From positions 1,364,001 through 1,428,000 of the forward strand of contig OZ037837.1 of NCBI GenBank assembly GCA_964035575.1: a stretch of DNA of 64,000 nucleotides, written 5' to 3'. Under the pieces are notes generated by a model, which saw only the letters and a list, made by a program, of their open reading frames with translations, was not told the origin of the DNA and did not search any database. Source of the DNA: Rhynchopus sp. YZ270_cl-10. Lineage: Eukaryota. Every line of letters starts with the position of its first letter. The stretch's first letter is position 1. Positions 44,121 through 55,893 of this stretch are shown one piece after another. The translations under genes and the position numbers were made by a program.

Positions 44121-46835
44121 CCAAAGTACTTGAAGTATATCAAGTACTTGATCCCCCAAAAAAACCAATACTTGATACTTGAAGTACTTGACACCCTATT
44201 TTTTTTTTCTCGTACTTTTTTACTTGGTCTCCCTCTGTCAAGTACTTTTTTCACAAAAAAAACGTCAAGTACTTGATCAAGTACAAAAAAAAGTGGGTAC
44301 TTGATCAAGTACTTGACGTTTTTTTGCGAAAACAAGTACTTGACAGACTCTGTCAGAGGGTAAAAAAGTAAAAAAGTACGAGAGAAAAAAATAGGGTGTC
44401 AAGCACGCGTGAGCCTAAAAGCTATTTACTATTTAGGTTTTCAGAATAATATATATTATTGACGTGTAATATTTTTGCCTTTATTTCACGCACAGCCCCA
44501 AAAACCCCCGAGGAGTGGTTTTTTTCCCCGAGGGCGCAGCCCGAGGGGAAAAAATACCACTCCGAGGGGTTTTGGGGCTGTAAGTGAACAAGATAAAACA
44601 ATAAGCTCGCGTTTCTTTTATCGAACAGATTTTATTCTCCGCCCCGTACCCAAAACGTAAACACCACTTTGAATCAGAAAAAATATTTTCCTCTCCTTTT
44701 TTCTTCCACACGCGCTGGTTTTTGTATTTCGCTAATTTTTATCAAAAAGCTTTCCCTTGTTTCGAGTGCGAAACGTTTCTCCATGTATTGCACGGGAAAC
44801 AATATGACAAACAGGTGCAGGGTGGTTCCGTGCTTATCATAGAACCTGGCACCTTGTGTGTCTCCCAAAAACCAAAAAAGCGTTGTGTGTGTAGTTTTGA
44901 AGGAAGGAAAAATAAAATGAAATTAAGGCAAAATATTACACCAACAATACATTTTTTTATTGCACAACGGGGCACTTTAATTTCACAACCCGGGGGTCTG
45001 CTAAACGCTTAGTTCTCAAGGCTTACGTTCATCGTATCAACTTCCCTTTGGTCTTGGGGTTATCTTCATTCAAATTTTTCTCTTTTTCGAAATATCTTTA
45101 TCTCCTGTATCACAACCTTGCAGAGTTGCTGATGTCCGACCTAAACACCATTGAGGCAGATGGAGTGGCCACTCCACAGGCAGCACTGTTCCCGTAGGTG
45201 GGCACACCCCACCCCCACCAGCCACATCCGCTTCCATCTAAGGTGAAACAGGTGAAAAAATCCCTCAGATGCTCAAAATACCCAAATTTTGCGTTTTTTT
45301 TGCATTTTTCGGTACCCCAAGACCCCACCCAGGAGTCGAAATTTTCCGGGGAAAAAATTTTTTTTTCCCCGATTTTTCGGATTTTTGCTAAGGCGTTGCC
45401 CATACAAACCGATTTTTTGTACAGAAAATGACCGGGGAATAAATATGCGATGCTCAAAACATCAAAATTCTTGCTTTATTTGCATTTTTGGGTCCATCTG
45501 AGCCCAAAAAAAAATTTTTTTTTCGGCTGAAAATTTTGTCTTTGCGAAAAAAAAAAAAAAATCGAGCAGTGAAATAAAGAGTGAAATAAAGAAATAAAGC
45601 CTTTTTTATTTCACTGCCGTTTTTATTTTTCTACAGGAATTTGTTAGGGGAGTGAAATTAAAGTGCCCCGACGTGCAATAAAAAAAGAATTTACCTGTTT
45701 TTATAAAGGGGGAAGGTAAAATAAATTTACCTGTTTTTATATACGGGAAAAATAGGGGGAGGGGAAAAAATACCTGCTTTTTTATGAGGAGAATTTCAAT
45801 TTTTGAGTGGCTCTGTGGTGTAAAAGCTGCATTTTTACACTGTTGGGGTGATCCGGGGTACTTTTCTGGAACAAAAATCAAAAAAAGAGAGAGGTTACAG
45901 AATACAGATTATAAAAAAAAAAAAAACAAAAATCGCAAAACCCGAAATGAGAATCGCAAATCTTCGCAAACAATCGCAAACATTCGCACATATTCGCAAA
46001 AAAGTCATAAAAAATCGCGAAGAATCGCAAAACCCGAAATGCGAATCGCAAAAAATCGCAAACATTCGCAAAAAATCGCAAAATTTCGCAAACATTCGCA
46101 AAAAGGTCGCGAAAAATCGCAAAACCCGGTCTGTACCCTAATTTTTTTTTTCGCCTGCGGCGCCATCAATGTTATTTTTTTGCTCCGCAAAAAAATAGAG
46201 TTCCGAATATCGTCGCCTGCATTTTGCAGCCGAAAAATACAACTTTGACCAAAGCTGCAAAAAGGTCGGCGCACGTAGCGCGTCCGGGTTTGGAACTTTT
46301 TGCATTTCGAGGGGGCAGTGGCCCAGAATCATAGTTACATTTTACCCTGTGAAGCAACTCACTGGTGGGAATGGCCAAAAATTGTATCAACCAAGAACTT
46401 GTCCATTTTTTTTCGAAATAGCCCCGCTACAGCGAGGTTGAAAGCTCGGAAAACCCTATACAACCCGTCGGTAGCTATACAACCCCTACCCCCGCCAGAG
46501 GACAAATCCCCACAAAAAAAATAATGCCAAAAGATACTGCAAACCAGATACTTGGCACTTCCCAAAAATTTAAGTGATGAAAATTTTGGCCATTTTTTTA
46601 AAGTGACCCCAACACAGGCTGGGATTGGCCCAAAAATGCAAGAAACAGCGCTATTGGGTGGTGCCCTGCCTCGAAAATGTGAAAAATGGGAAAACCACAA
46701 GGTAATAAAAACAGGTAAATTTGTCTATTTAGGATAAGGAAATTCTGGAAAACAGGTACTATTTAGCCGCATGCGTGGTGTCAAGTACTTGATTTTTGTC
46801 AAGTACTTGATCAATCTTCAAGTACTTGACTGTCA
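44121..46835. mobile_element. Foldback/palindromic element rich in TCAAGTACTTGA, split by a 2.4-kb insertion
   Basis: AAGTACTTGACACCCTATTTT..CTCGTACTTTT (~44182-44220) is mirrored by AAAAGTACGAG..AAATAGGGTGTCAAG (~44372-44403), continuing at 46786 TACTTGA. Outer limits are approximate. Confidence 0.65.
44404..46777. mobile_element. Non-autonomous hAT-like element
   Basis: 8-bp TSD GTGTCAAG (44396-44403, 46778-46785) and imperfect TIRs CACGCGTGAGCCTAAA / TTTAGCCGCATGCGTG (13/16). Internal TCGCAAAA repeats at ~45930-46125 and a long hairpin at ~44491-44581. Confidence 0.75.
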
Positions 46836-47204
46836 TTTTTGTTCAGACCTGCACAGGAGAACACTACAACCTTAGCGTTCGTCACAAAGCGTGCCGTACG
46901 CAACACACCCACCCACCCACGGAGCACCTGACAGATCAGTTTGTTCTGTTCTCGCGGTTTGTTTTTTTTCTGTGGAAGCGAACAGCAACCTTACTTTCCT
47001 CTCCCCGTTTACAGTCATTTGATAAACAAGCAAAAGAGTAAGAAGTCTCGCGCATTTTCTGTTCTGTTCACGTTTTCGCATCTTTCGCATTTCAACAATG
47101 TGAGCACAGTATCCCCTTCCCATTCTTTGAATGTCGTTGACCTGAACACTCGAGTTGCGAAGTCATACAATACATCACAAACGCAACAGACCCTGAAGAA
47201 AACA

Positions 47205-48323
47205 ATGGATGTGACCTTTGTGCTGGAAGAGTCAGGCGTGACTGCGACAGTGGAGGTGCCGTGCGAGGCGGACGTTGCAGCGGCAAAGGAGGTTGCGTGC
47301 ACGGCGCTTGCTGTCTCGCCTGCGTCTGTCGAGATGCGCATCGGCACGCAGGCGCTGGAGGGGACGTGCCGTCTGCAGGACACTGCGTTTGATGCAGGGG
47401 TGCAGGTTGTGCTTGCCCGCCCTCATTTTGCCGACATCAAGTGTCCTGCTGAGTACAGTGTAGAGGCGCCAACTGGTGGGATCGTGCCGATAAGTGGCTT
47501 ATCAATGTCACCTTGTGGAGCACTCTGCCTGTTTACGAAGGGAGGCTATGTCACCGGCCTCGATACAGAAACCTTCAGCACTGCCTTCAGGTTCAAAGTA
47601 GACGTTACAATGTTCGGTGCACCTGCCATCTCACGATGCAAGACACGCTGCTACCTGGCGCGCAAAGACGGCCTACACGAGGTTGCACTTCCGGGAGGGG
47701 AGGAGCTCCGCAAAGTCAAAGGACCCTCGTACGATGTGTTCGCGTGTGGTGATGGGGTTATCTCCCTGGGTAAAGACGGTGTCTCTGTGTACGACGAAGA
47801 CCTGACGTTGCTCCGCACTCTCTCGCACGAAGGGTGTGAGAAAGTGACAGTGTCGGACTGTGGTGGGTGGGTCATCACATCCTCCTGGGAGGAGGACACC
47901 TCACGTCTGTGGAATGTGAACACAGGTGAAGCTGTGACTGTACCGGCTGGGGGGGCGAGCCAAATGGCGCTTTCACGGTCTGACACCGCCTTCGTTGCGG
48001 TGTACTCATACAGTAACCGTAGCAACCGTTACGAAGTGCAGCTCTACGACTGGAGTGGTGCGGCTCTTCGCAGCTTTTCAAGGGAGGAGGATGGTGCCGC
48101 TTACTGCACCATGCAGTTCACTCCGTGTGGGAAGTATCTCCTTGTTGAGTTTGCGAATCATTATGCTGAAGACTATTCACTGCACCAGTATGATGTGGCG
48201 ACCATGTCCTGTGTGCGTGTATTCTCAGAGGCCTCTGCATTTTCATTTGCGATATCGCCGTGTTCACGTGTGGTGGTGGTTGCGAACTCCGTCATTGCGA
48301 CGAAACATCTGTACCCCTACTGA
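47205..48323 (+). CDS. UBL-WD40-like protein (array copy 3)
   Basis: Family start MDVTFVLEESG; ends HLYPY*. Confidence 0.85.
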   Translation: MDVTFVLEESGVTATVEVPCEADVAAAKEVACTALAVSPASVEMRIGTQALEGTCRLQDTAFDAGVQVVLARPHFADIKCPAEYSVEAPTGGIVPISGLSMSPCGALCLFTKGGYVTGLDTETFSTAFRFKVDVTMFGAPAISRCKTRCYLARKDGLHEVALPGGEELRKVKGPSYDVFACGDGVISLGKDGVSVYDEDLTLLRTLSHEGCEKVTVSDCGGWVITSSWEEDTSRLWNVNTGEAVTVPAGGASQMALSRSDTAFVAVYSYSNRSNRYEVQLYDWSGAALRSFSREEDGAAYCTMQFTPCGKYLLVEFANHYAEDYSLHQYDVATMSCVRVFSEASAFSFAISPCSRVVVVANSVIATKHLYPY

Positions 48324-48632
48324 GTGATGTACCGCGTAACACACCCACCCAGCCACGGAGATCAGTTTGTTCTGTTCTCGCGGTTTGTTTTTTTCTGTGG
48401 AAGCGAACAGCAACCTTACTTTCCTCTCCCCGTTTACAGTCTTTTGATAAACAAGCAAAGAGTAAGAAGTCTCAAGCATTTTTTTTTGTTCTGTTTACGT
48501 TTTCACATCTTTTGCATTTCAACAATGTGAGCACAGTATCCCCTTCCCATTCTTTGAATGTCATTGACCTGAACACCCGAGTTGCGAAGTCATACAAATA
48601 CATCACAAACACAACAGACCCTGAAGAAAACA

Positions 48633-49741
48633 ATGGATGTGACCTTTGTCTGGAAGAGTCAGGCGTGACTGCGACAGTGGAGGTGCCGTGCGAGGCGGAC
48701 GTTGCAGCGGCAAAGGAGGTTGCGTGCACGGCGCTTGCTGTCTCGCCTGCGTCTGTCAAGATGCGCATCGGCACGCAGGTGCTGGAGGGGACGTGCCGTC
48801 TGCAGGACACTGCGTTTGATTCAGGGGTGCAGGTTGTCCTTGCCTGCTGCTTTGCCGACACCAAGTGTCCTGCTGAGTACAGTGTCGAGGCGCCAACTGG
48901 AACGCAGTGGATGAATATGAATCGTTTATCGCTGTCACCTTGTGGAGCACTCTGCCTCTTTACACAGGAGGATGGCTATGTCACCGGCTTCGATACAGAC
49001 ACCTTCAGCCCTGCCTTCAAGTTCAAAGTGGACAGCGTAGGCAGTTCGGTGTACGGTGCACCTGCCATCTCACGATGCAAGACACGCTGCTACCTGGCGT
49101 GCAGGGAAGAAGGTATGCACGAGGTTGCACTTCCGGGTGGGGAGGTGCTCCGCAAAGTCGAGGGACGCTCGGTCAAAGCGTTCGTGTGTGGCGGTGTTGT
49201 TGTCTCCCAAGGAAAACACGATGTCTCTGTGTACGACGAAGACCTGACGTTGCTCCGCTCTCTCTCGCACGAAGGGTGCATGGAAGTGGCTGTGTCGGAC
49301 TGTGGTGGGTGGGTCATCACCTCCTCCGTCAGTGAGAAGAAGGCACGTCTGTGGGATGTGAACACAGGTGAAGGTGTGGCATGTGTGCCTGCGGATGGGG
49401 GTATCGTGTCGCTTTCACGGTCTGCCTCTGTCTTTGCTGTGGAGTGCGATGGCGAAGTGCACCTCTATGACTGGAGTGGTGCGGCTCTTGGCAGCTTTGA
49501 AAAGCAGCAGTACGTATTAGCCGTGCAGTTCACTCCATGTGGGAAGTACGTCGTTGTTGCGTTCGGTGATCTATTTAGTGAAGAGTACACTCTGCACCAG
49601 TATGATGTGGTGACCATGTCCTGTGTGCGTGTGATACAGGACTGCGGAAGTGTATTTGTGATATCGCCGTGTTCACGTGTGGTTGTGTTCAAGGCAGCAG
49701 GAGGTGACGTCGTTGTGACACAACATCTGCACCCCTACTGA
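48633..49741 (+). pseudogene. UBL-WD40-like copy 4 with a 1-nt deletion near 48650 (frameshift or sequencing error)
   Basis: TTTGTCTGGAAG here versus TTTGTGCTGGAAG in paralogs; the rest of the frame is intact. Confidence 0.75.
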
Positions 49742-50049
49742 GTGTTGCAGTCCACCCTGCGTGGGAAGTACCTCCTCGCTGTCGCTGAGTACTGCGGTGT
49801 GTTGCTATTGTGCGTTGCATCAGTATTTGCGTTGCACCCTCGACCACCTAGCCTGTGAGGAAATACATTTCAGATATTTTGAGGATAACAAGCACACCAC
49901 CCTTTACCCTTCTTTTTCACTTTTGCTTTGGTAAAACCCTCTCCTGTTGGTGGAAACTACAGACAACGAAAACATCACAAACACACAAAACAAAACAACC
50001 CACACCTCATCTCCTCCCAACAGAGGTGGAACAAGAAGAAGACAAAACA

Positions 50050-51159
50050 ATGGATGTGACCTTTGTGCTGGAAGAGTCAGGCGTGACTGCGACAGTGGAG
50101 GTGCCGTGCGAGGCGGACGTTGCAGCGGCAAAGGAGGTTGCGTGCACGGCGCTTGCTGTCTCGCCTGCGTCTGTCGAGATGCGCATCGGCACGCAGGTGC
50201 TGGAGGGGACGTGCCGTCTGCAGGACACTGCGTTTGATTCAGGGGTGCAGGTTGTGCTTGCCCGCTGCTTTGCCGACATCAAGTGTCCTGCTGAGTACAG
50301 TGTAGAGGCGCCAACTGGAACGCAGTGGATGAATATGAATCGTTTATCGCTGTCACCTTGTGGAGCACTCTGCCTCTTTACACAGGAAGATGGCTATGTC
50401 ACCGGCTTCGATACAGACACCTTCAGCCCTGCCTTCAGGTTCAAAGTGGACATTGTAGACATTTCGGCGCCTGCCATCTCACGGTGCAAGACACGCTGCT
50501 ACGTGGCGTGCAAGGAAGAAGGTATGCACGAGGTTGCACTTCCGGGTGGGGAGGTGCTCCGCAAAGTCGAAGGACCCTCGTTCAAAGCGTTCGTGTGTGG
50601 CGGTGTTGTTGTCTCCCAAGGCAAACACGGTGTCTCTGTGTATGACGAAGACCTGACGTTGCTCCGCTCTCTCTCGCACGAAGGGTGTAATGGAGTGGCT
50701 GTGTCGCACTGTGGTGGGTGGGTGATCACCTCCTCCTTCAGCCATCAGAAGGCACGTCTGTGGGATGTGGACACAGGTGAAGGTGTGGCATGTGTGCCTG
50801 CGGATGGGGGTATCGTGTCGCTTTCACGGTCTGCCTGTGTCTTTGCTGTGGAGTGCGATGACGAAGTGCACCTCTATGACTGGAGTGGTGCGGCTCTTGG
50901 CAGCTTTGAAAAGCAGCAGTACGTATTAGCCGTGCAGTTCACTCCATGTGGGAAGTACGTCGTTGTTGCGTTTGATAACAGTGGTGATCTATTTAGTGAA
51001 GAGTACACTCTGCACCAGTATGATGTGGTGACCATGTCCTGTGTGCGTGTGATACAGGACTGCGGAAGTATATTTGTGATATCGCCGTGTTCACGTGTGG
51101 TTGTGTTCAAGGCAGCAGGAGGTGACGTCGTTGTGACACAACATCTGCACCCCTACTGA
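50050..51159 (+). CDS. UBL-WD40-like protein (array copy 5)
   Basis: Family start; ends HLHPY*. Confidence 0.85.
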   Translation: MDVTFVLEESGVTATVEVPCEADVAAAKEVACTALAVSPASVEMRIGTQVLEGTCRLQDTAFDSGVQVVLARCFADIKCPAEYSVEAPTGTQWMNMNRLSLSPCGALCLFTQEDGYVTGFDTDTFSPAFRFKVDIVDISAPAISRCKTRCYVACKEEGMHEVALPGGEVLRKVEGPSFKAFVCGGVVVSQGKHGVSVYDEDLTLLRSLSHEGCNGVAVSHCGGWVITSSFSHQKARLWDVDTGEGVACVPADGGIVSLSRSACVFAVECDDEVHLYDWSGAALGSFEKQQYVLAVQFTPCGKYVVVAFDNSGDLFSEEYTLHQYDVVTMSCVRVIQDCGSIFVISPCSRVVVFKAAGGDVVVTQHLHPY

Positions 51160-51468
51160 GTGTTGCAGTCCACCCTGTGTGGGAAGTACCTCCTCGCTGT
51201 CGCTGAGTACTGCGGTGTGTTGCTATTGTGCGTTGCATCAGTATTTGCGTTGCACCCTCGACCTACTAGCCTGTGAGGAAATACATTTTCAGATATTTTG
51301 AGGATACCAAGCACACCACTCTTTACCCTTCTTTTTCACTTTTCCTTTGTTAAAACCCTCTCCTGTTTGTGGAAACTACAGACAACGAAAACATCACAAA
51401 CACACAAAACAAAACAACCCACACCTCATCTCCTCCCAACAGAGGTGGAACAAGAAGAAGACAAAACA

Positions 51469-52572
51469 ATGGATGTGACCTTTGTGCTGGAAGAGTCAGG
51501 CGTGACTGCTACAGTGGAGGTGCCGTGCGAGGCGGACGCTGCAGCGGCAAAGGAGGTTGCGTGCACGGCGCTTGCTGTCTCGCCTGCGTCTGTCGAGATG
51601 CGCATCGGCACTGAGGTGGTGGAGGGGACGTGCCGTCTGCAGGACACTGCGTTTGATTCAGGGGTGCAGGTTGTCCTTGCTCGCTGCTTTGCCGACATCA
51701 AGTGTCCTGCTGCTAGCAAGCAGGAGAGGACAATGTCTAGTTTGACGCTGTCACCTTGTGGAGCACTCTGCCTCTTTCGACAGGAGAATGCCTATTTCGC
51801 CGGCCTCGATACAGAAACCTTCATCCCTGCCTTCAGGTTCAAAGTAGACTTTCCGGTGTGCGGTGCGTCTGCCATCTCACGGTGCAAGACACGCTGCTAC
51901 CTGCCGTGCTGGAAAGGTATGCACGAGGTTGCACTTCCGGGTGGGGAAGTGCTCCGCAAAGTCGAAGGACCCTCGTATTGCGGTACCTCGAAGTCAGTGT
52001 TGGCGTGTGGCAGTGTTGTTGTCTCCCAAGGCAAAGACGGTGCCTCTGTGTACGACGAAGAACTGACGTTGCTCCGCACTCTCTCGCACGAAGGGTGCAT
52101 GGAAGTGGCTGTGTCGCACTGTGGTGGGTGGGTCATCACCTCCTCCTACATCGATCAGAAGGCACGTCTGTGGGATGTGAGCACAGGTGAAGCTGTGGCA
52201 TGTGCACCCACGTATAGAACGAACAAAGTGTCGCTTTCACGGTCTGCCTCTGTCTTTGCTGTGTTGGGCGATGACGAAGTGAAGCTCTACGACTGGAGTG
52301 GTGCGGCTCTTGGCAGATTCGTTAAAGCGGGTCATATATTTGCTGGTCTGCAGTTCACTCCCTCCGGGAAGTATCTCGTAGTACGGTTGCTGGATACGGG
52401 TGCTGAAGAATATTTACTGCACCAGTATGATGTGGCGACCATGTCCTGTGTACGTGAGATACCGGACTACTACGACTGCGGTCAGTTTGCGATATCGCCG
52501 TGTTCACGTGTGGTAGTATTTACGAACTCGGGACGAGACACTATTGTGACGAAACATCTGTACCCCTACTGA
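51469..52572 (+). CDS. UBL-WD40-like protein (array copy 6)
   Basis: Family start; ends HLYPY*. Confidence 0.85.
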   Translation: MDVTFVLEESGVTATVEVPCEADAAAAKEVACTALAVSPASVEMRIGTEVVEGTCRLQDTAFDSGVQVVLARCFADIKCPAASKQERTMSSLTLSPCGALCLFRQENAYFAGLDTETFIPAFRFKVDFPVCGASAISRCKTRCYLPCWKGMHEVALPGGEVLRKVEGPSYCGTSKSVLACGSVVVSQGKDGASVYDEELTLLRTLSHEGCMEVAVSHCGGWVITSSYIDQKARLWDVSTGEAVACAPTYRTNKVSLSRSASVFAVLGDDEVKLYDWSGAALGRFVKAGHIFAGLQFTPSGKYLVVRLLDTGAEEYLLHQYDVATMSCVREIPDYYDCGQFAISPCSRVVVFTNSGRDTIVTKHLYPY

Positions 52573-52888
52573 GTGATGTACCGCGTAACACACCCACCCA
52601 GCCACGGAGCACCTGACAGATCAGTTTGTTCTGTTCTTGCGGTTTGTTTTTTTTCTGTGGAAGCGAACAGCAACCTTACTTTCCTCTCCCCGTTTACAGT
52701 CTTTTGATAAACAAGCAAAGAGTAAGAAGTCTCGCGCATTTTCTGTTCTGTTCACGTTTTCGCATCTTTTGCATTTCAACAATGTGAGCACAGTATCCCC
52801 TTCCCATTCTTTGAATGTCATTGACCTGAACACTCGAGTTGCGAAGTCATACAATACATCACAAACACAACAGACCCTGAAGAAAACA

Positions 52889-53986
52889 ATGGATGTGACC
52901 TTTGTGCTGGAAGAGTCAGGCGTGACTGCGACAGTGGAGGTGCCGTGCGAGGCGGACGCTGCAGCGGCAAAGGAGGTTGCGTGCACGGCGCTTGCTGTCT
53001 CGCCTGCGTCTGTCGAGATGCGCATCGGCACGCAGGTGCTGGAGGGTACGTGCCGTTTGCAGGACACTGCGTTTGATTCAGGGGTGCAGGTTGTGCTTGC
53101 TCGCTGCTTTGCCGACATCAGGTGTCCTGCTGAGTACAGTGTAGAGGTGCCTCCTGGTAGGCAGGGCATGAGTACATATGACTTTTCGCTGACACCTTGT
53201 GGAGCACTCTGCCTCTTTACACAGGATGGCTATGTCACCGGCCTCGATACAGAAACCTTCAGCCCTGCCTTCAGGTTCAAAGTAGACTTTCCGGTGTGCG
53301 GTGCACCTGCCATCTCACGGTGCAAGACACGCTGCTACCTGCCGTGCAAGGACGGCCTACACGAGGTTGCGCTTCCGGGTGGGGAGGTGCTCCGCAAAGT
53401 CGAAGGACCCTCGTTCAAAACGTTCGTGTGTGGCGGTGTTGTTGTCTCCCAGGGCAACGACGGCATCTCTGTGTACGACGAAGACCTGACGTTGCTCCGC
53501 TCTCTCTCGCACGAAGGGTGTATGGGAGTGGCTGTGTCGCACTGTGGTGGGTGGGTGATCACCTCCTCCTTCAGCCATCAGAAGGCACGTCTGTGGGATG
53601 TGGACACAGGTGAAGGTGTGGCATGTGTGCCTGCGGATGGGGGTATTGTGTCGCTTTCACGGTGTGCCTCTGTCTTTGCTGTGGAGTGCGATGGCGAAGT
53701 GCACCTCTATGACTGGAGTGGTGCAGCTCTTGGCAGCTTTGAAGAAGAGCAGTATGCAGTCAGTTGGGTGCAGTTCACTCCATGTGGGAAGTACGTCGTT
53801 GTTGCGTTCGGTGATCTATTTAGTGAAGAGTACACTCTGCACCAGTATGATGTGGTGACCATGTCCTGTGTGCGTGTGATACAGGACTGCGGAAGTATAT
53901 TTGTGATATCGCCGTGTTCACGTGTGGTTGTGTTCAAGGCAGCAGGAGGTGACGTCGTTGTGACACAACATCTGTACCCCTACTGA
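52889..53986 (+). CDS. UBL-WD40-like protein (array copy 7)
   Basis: Family start; ends HLYPY*. Confidence 0.85.
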   Translation: MDVTFVLEESGVTATVEVPCEADAAAAKEVACTALAVSPASVEMRIGTQVLEGTCRLQDTAFDSGVQVVLARCFADIRCPAEYSVEVPPGRQGMSTYDFSLTPCGALCLFTQDGYVTGLDTETFSPAFRFKVDFPVCGAPAISRCKTRCYLPCKDGLHEVALPGGEVLRKVEGPSFKTFVCGGVVVSQGNDGISVYDEDLTLLRSLSHEGCMGVAVSHCGGWVITSSFSHQKARLWDVDTGEGVACVPADGGIVSLSRCASVFAVECDGEVHLYDWSGAALGSFEEEQYAVSWVQFTPCGKYVVVAFGDLFSEEYTLHQYDVVTMSCVRVIQDCGSIFVISPCSRVVVFKAAGGDVVVTQHLYPY

Positions 53987-54295
53987 GTGTTGCAGTCCAC
54001 CCTGTGTGGGAAGTACCTCCTCGCTGTCGCTGAGTACTGCGGTGTGTTGCTATTGTGCGTTGCATCAGTATTTGCGTTGTACCCTCGACCTACTAGCCTG
54101 TGAGGAAATACATTTCAGATATTTTGAGGAGAACGACCACACCACCCTTTACCCTTCTTTTTCACTTTTCCTTTGTTAAAACCCTCTCCTGTTTGTGGAA
54201 ACTACAGACAACGAAAACATCACAAACACACAAAACAAAACAACCCACACCTCATCTCCTCCCAACAGAGGTGGAACAAGAAGAAGACAAAACAA

Positions 54296-55390
54296 ATGAT
54301 GGATGTGACCTTTGTGCTGGAAGAGTCAGGCTTGACTGCGACAGTGGAGGTGCCGTGCGAGGCGGACGCTGCAGCGGCAAAGGAGGTTGCGTGCACGGCG
54401 CTTGCTGTCTCGCCTGCGTCTGTCGAGATGCGCATCGGCACGCAGGTGCTGGAGGGGACGTGCCGTCTGCAGGACACTGCGTTTGATTCAGGGGTGCAGG
54501 TTGTGCTTGCCCGCTGCTTTGCCGACATCAAGTGTCCTGCTGATAGCAAGCAGGAGGGGAGAGTAAGTGGCGTATCACTGTCACCTTGTGGAGCACTCTG
54601 CATCTTTACACAGCAGGGTGCCTATTACGACGTCCTCGATACAGAAACCTTCAGCCCTGCCTTCAGGTTCAAAGTAAACTTTCCGGTGTACGGTGCACCT
54701 GCCATCTCACGATGCAAGACACGCTGCTACCTGGCGTGCATGGAAGAAGGTATGCACGAGGTTGCACTTCCGGGTGGGGAGGAGCTCCGCAAAGTCGAAG
54801 AACCCTCGTTCAAAGCGTTCGTGTGTGGCAGTGTTGTTGTCTCCCAAGGCAAAGACGGTGTCTCTGTGTACGACGAAGAACTGACGTTGCTCCGCACTCT
54901 CTCGCACGAAGGCTGTAAAGGAGTGGCTGTGTCGCACTGTGGTGGGTGGGTCATCACCTCCTCCCACATCGATCAGAAGGCACGTCTGTGGGATGTGGAC
55001 ACAGGTGAAGGTGTGGCATGTGTGCCTGCGGGTGGGCGGAACTCGGGGTGGCATGCGGCTCTTTCGCGGTCTGCTTCTGTCTTTGCTGTGGAGTGCGATG
55101 ACGAAGTGAAGCTCTACGACTGGAGTGGTGCGGCTCTTGGCACCTTTGAAACGCAGGGGTATCACGTCTGGGGCGTGCAGTTCACTCCCTCCGGGAAGTA
55201 TCTCGTAGTACGGTTGCTGGGTACGGGTCCTGGTTCACTGCACCAGTATGATGTGGTGACCATGTCCTGTGTACGTGAGATACCGGACTACTACGACTGC
55301 GGTCAGTTTGCGATATCGCCGTGTTCACGTGTGGTGGTGTTTGACTCAGGACAAGAGACTATTGTGACGAAACATCTGTACCCCTACTGA
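54296..55390 (+). CDS. UBL-WD40-like protein (array copy 8)
   Basis: MMDVTFVLEESG start; ends HLYPY*. Confidence 0.85.
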   Translation: MMDVTFVLEESGLTATVEVPCEADAAAAKEVACTALAVSPASVEMRIGTQVLEGTCRLQDTAFDSGVQVVLARCFADIKCPADSKQEGRVSGVSLSPCGALCIFTQQGAYYDVLDTETFSPAFRFKVNFPVYGAPAISRCKTRCYLACMEEGMHEVALPGGEELRKVEEPSFKAFVCGSVVVSQGKDGVSVYDEELTLLRTLSHEGCKGVAVSHCGGWVITSSHIDQKARLWDVDTGEGVACVPAGGRNSGWHAALSRSASVFAVECDDEVKLYDWSGAALGTFETQGYHVWGVQFTPSGKYLVVRLLGTGPGSLHQYDVVTMSCVREIPDYYDCGQFAISPCSRVVVFDSGQETIVTKHLYPY

Positions 55391-55779
55391 GTGATGTTGT
55401 GCGAGAGGTTGTGTTTGTGCAGCTTCTCGCAGGCAGTCCACCCCAGAAGCACCTCCTCGCTGTCGCTGAGCAGTTGCATCAGTGTTCGTTTCGCTGTCCC
55501 CTGAATGTATCGCAGCACTCTGCCTCGCTACTACTTTCATGTAAGAAGGGGATTGGTCTGGAGGGTGCTTTCCACATAGCTGCTCTTGGGTCTACGTGAG
55601 TCTTGAGATTTTTTGTTTATTCCTGTGAAAAAGAAAACCGACGCAGGAGTCTTTTATTGGAAACTGTTTTCTTCTCCGCTAACACACAAAAACACTTGAC
55701 AGGAAAAAAATTTTTCACACAAACGTCTTTTTCTGTCTACTCTCTGTTTTTTGTTCATCTTTTTTCAATCAAAATTTTG

Positions 55780-55893
55780 TGTGATCTGGGGTGAGGAAGC
55801 GTTCCAACTTTTCAACCTCTTCCCCAATTTACCTTTCACGCCTTTTTTACCCTCCCCCGTTTTAGAATCAACAGAGAGTGTACGTTAAGATTT
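55780..55893 (+). repeat. Dispersed ~110-bp repeat (also 62452-62567; diverged copies ~8030-8140 and ~40838-40945)
   Basis: GTGTGATCTGGGGTGAGGAAGCGTTCCAACTTTTCAACCTC..TTTAGAATCAACAGAGAGTGTACGTTAAGATTT is nearly identical at 55780 and 62452. Confidence 0.85.

Noticed and set aside
43146..44122. TGGATGTCC direct repeat as a TSD around the 7-mer satellite block
   Set aside because: No terminal inverted repeats or tail support an element here; it may be chance.
43239..44276. Long ORFs in all six frames (VYCVLCT / STQYTVH repeats); similar ORFs at 12783-13268 and 59204-59802
   Set aside because: They are translations of stop-free satellites, not genes.
38174..54295. N-terminal extensions of the WD40 and LRR ORFs in the ORF track
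   Set aside because: They start at GTG/TTG in spacer DNA and are not in a consistent frame among paralogs; the conserved MDVTF / MEICI ATGs are the likely starts.
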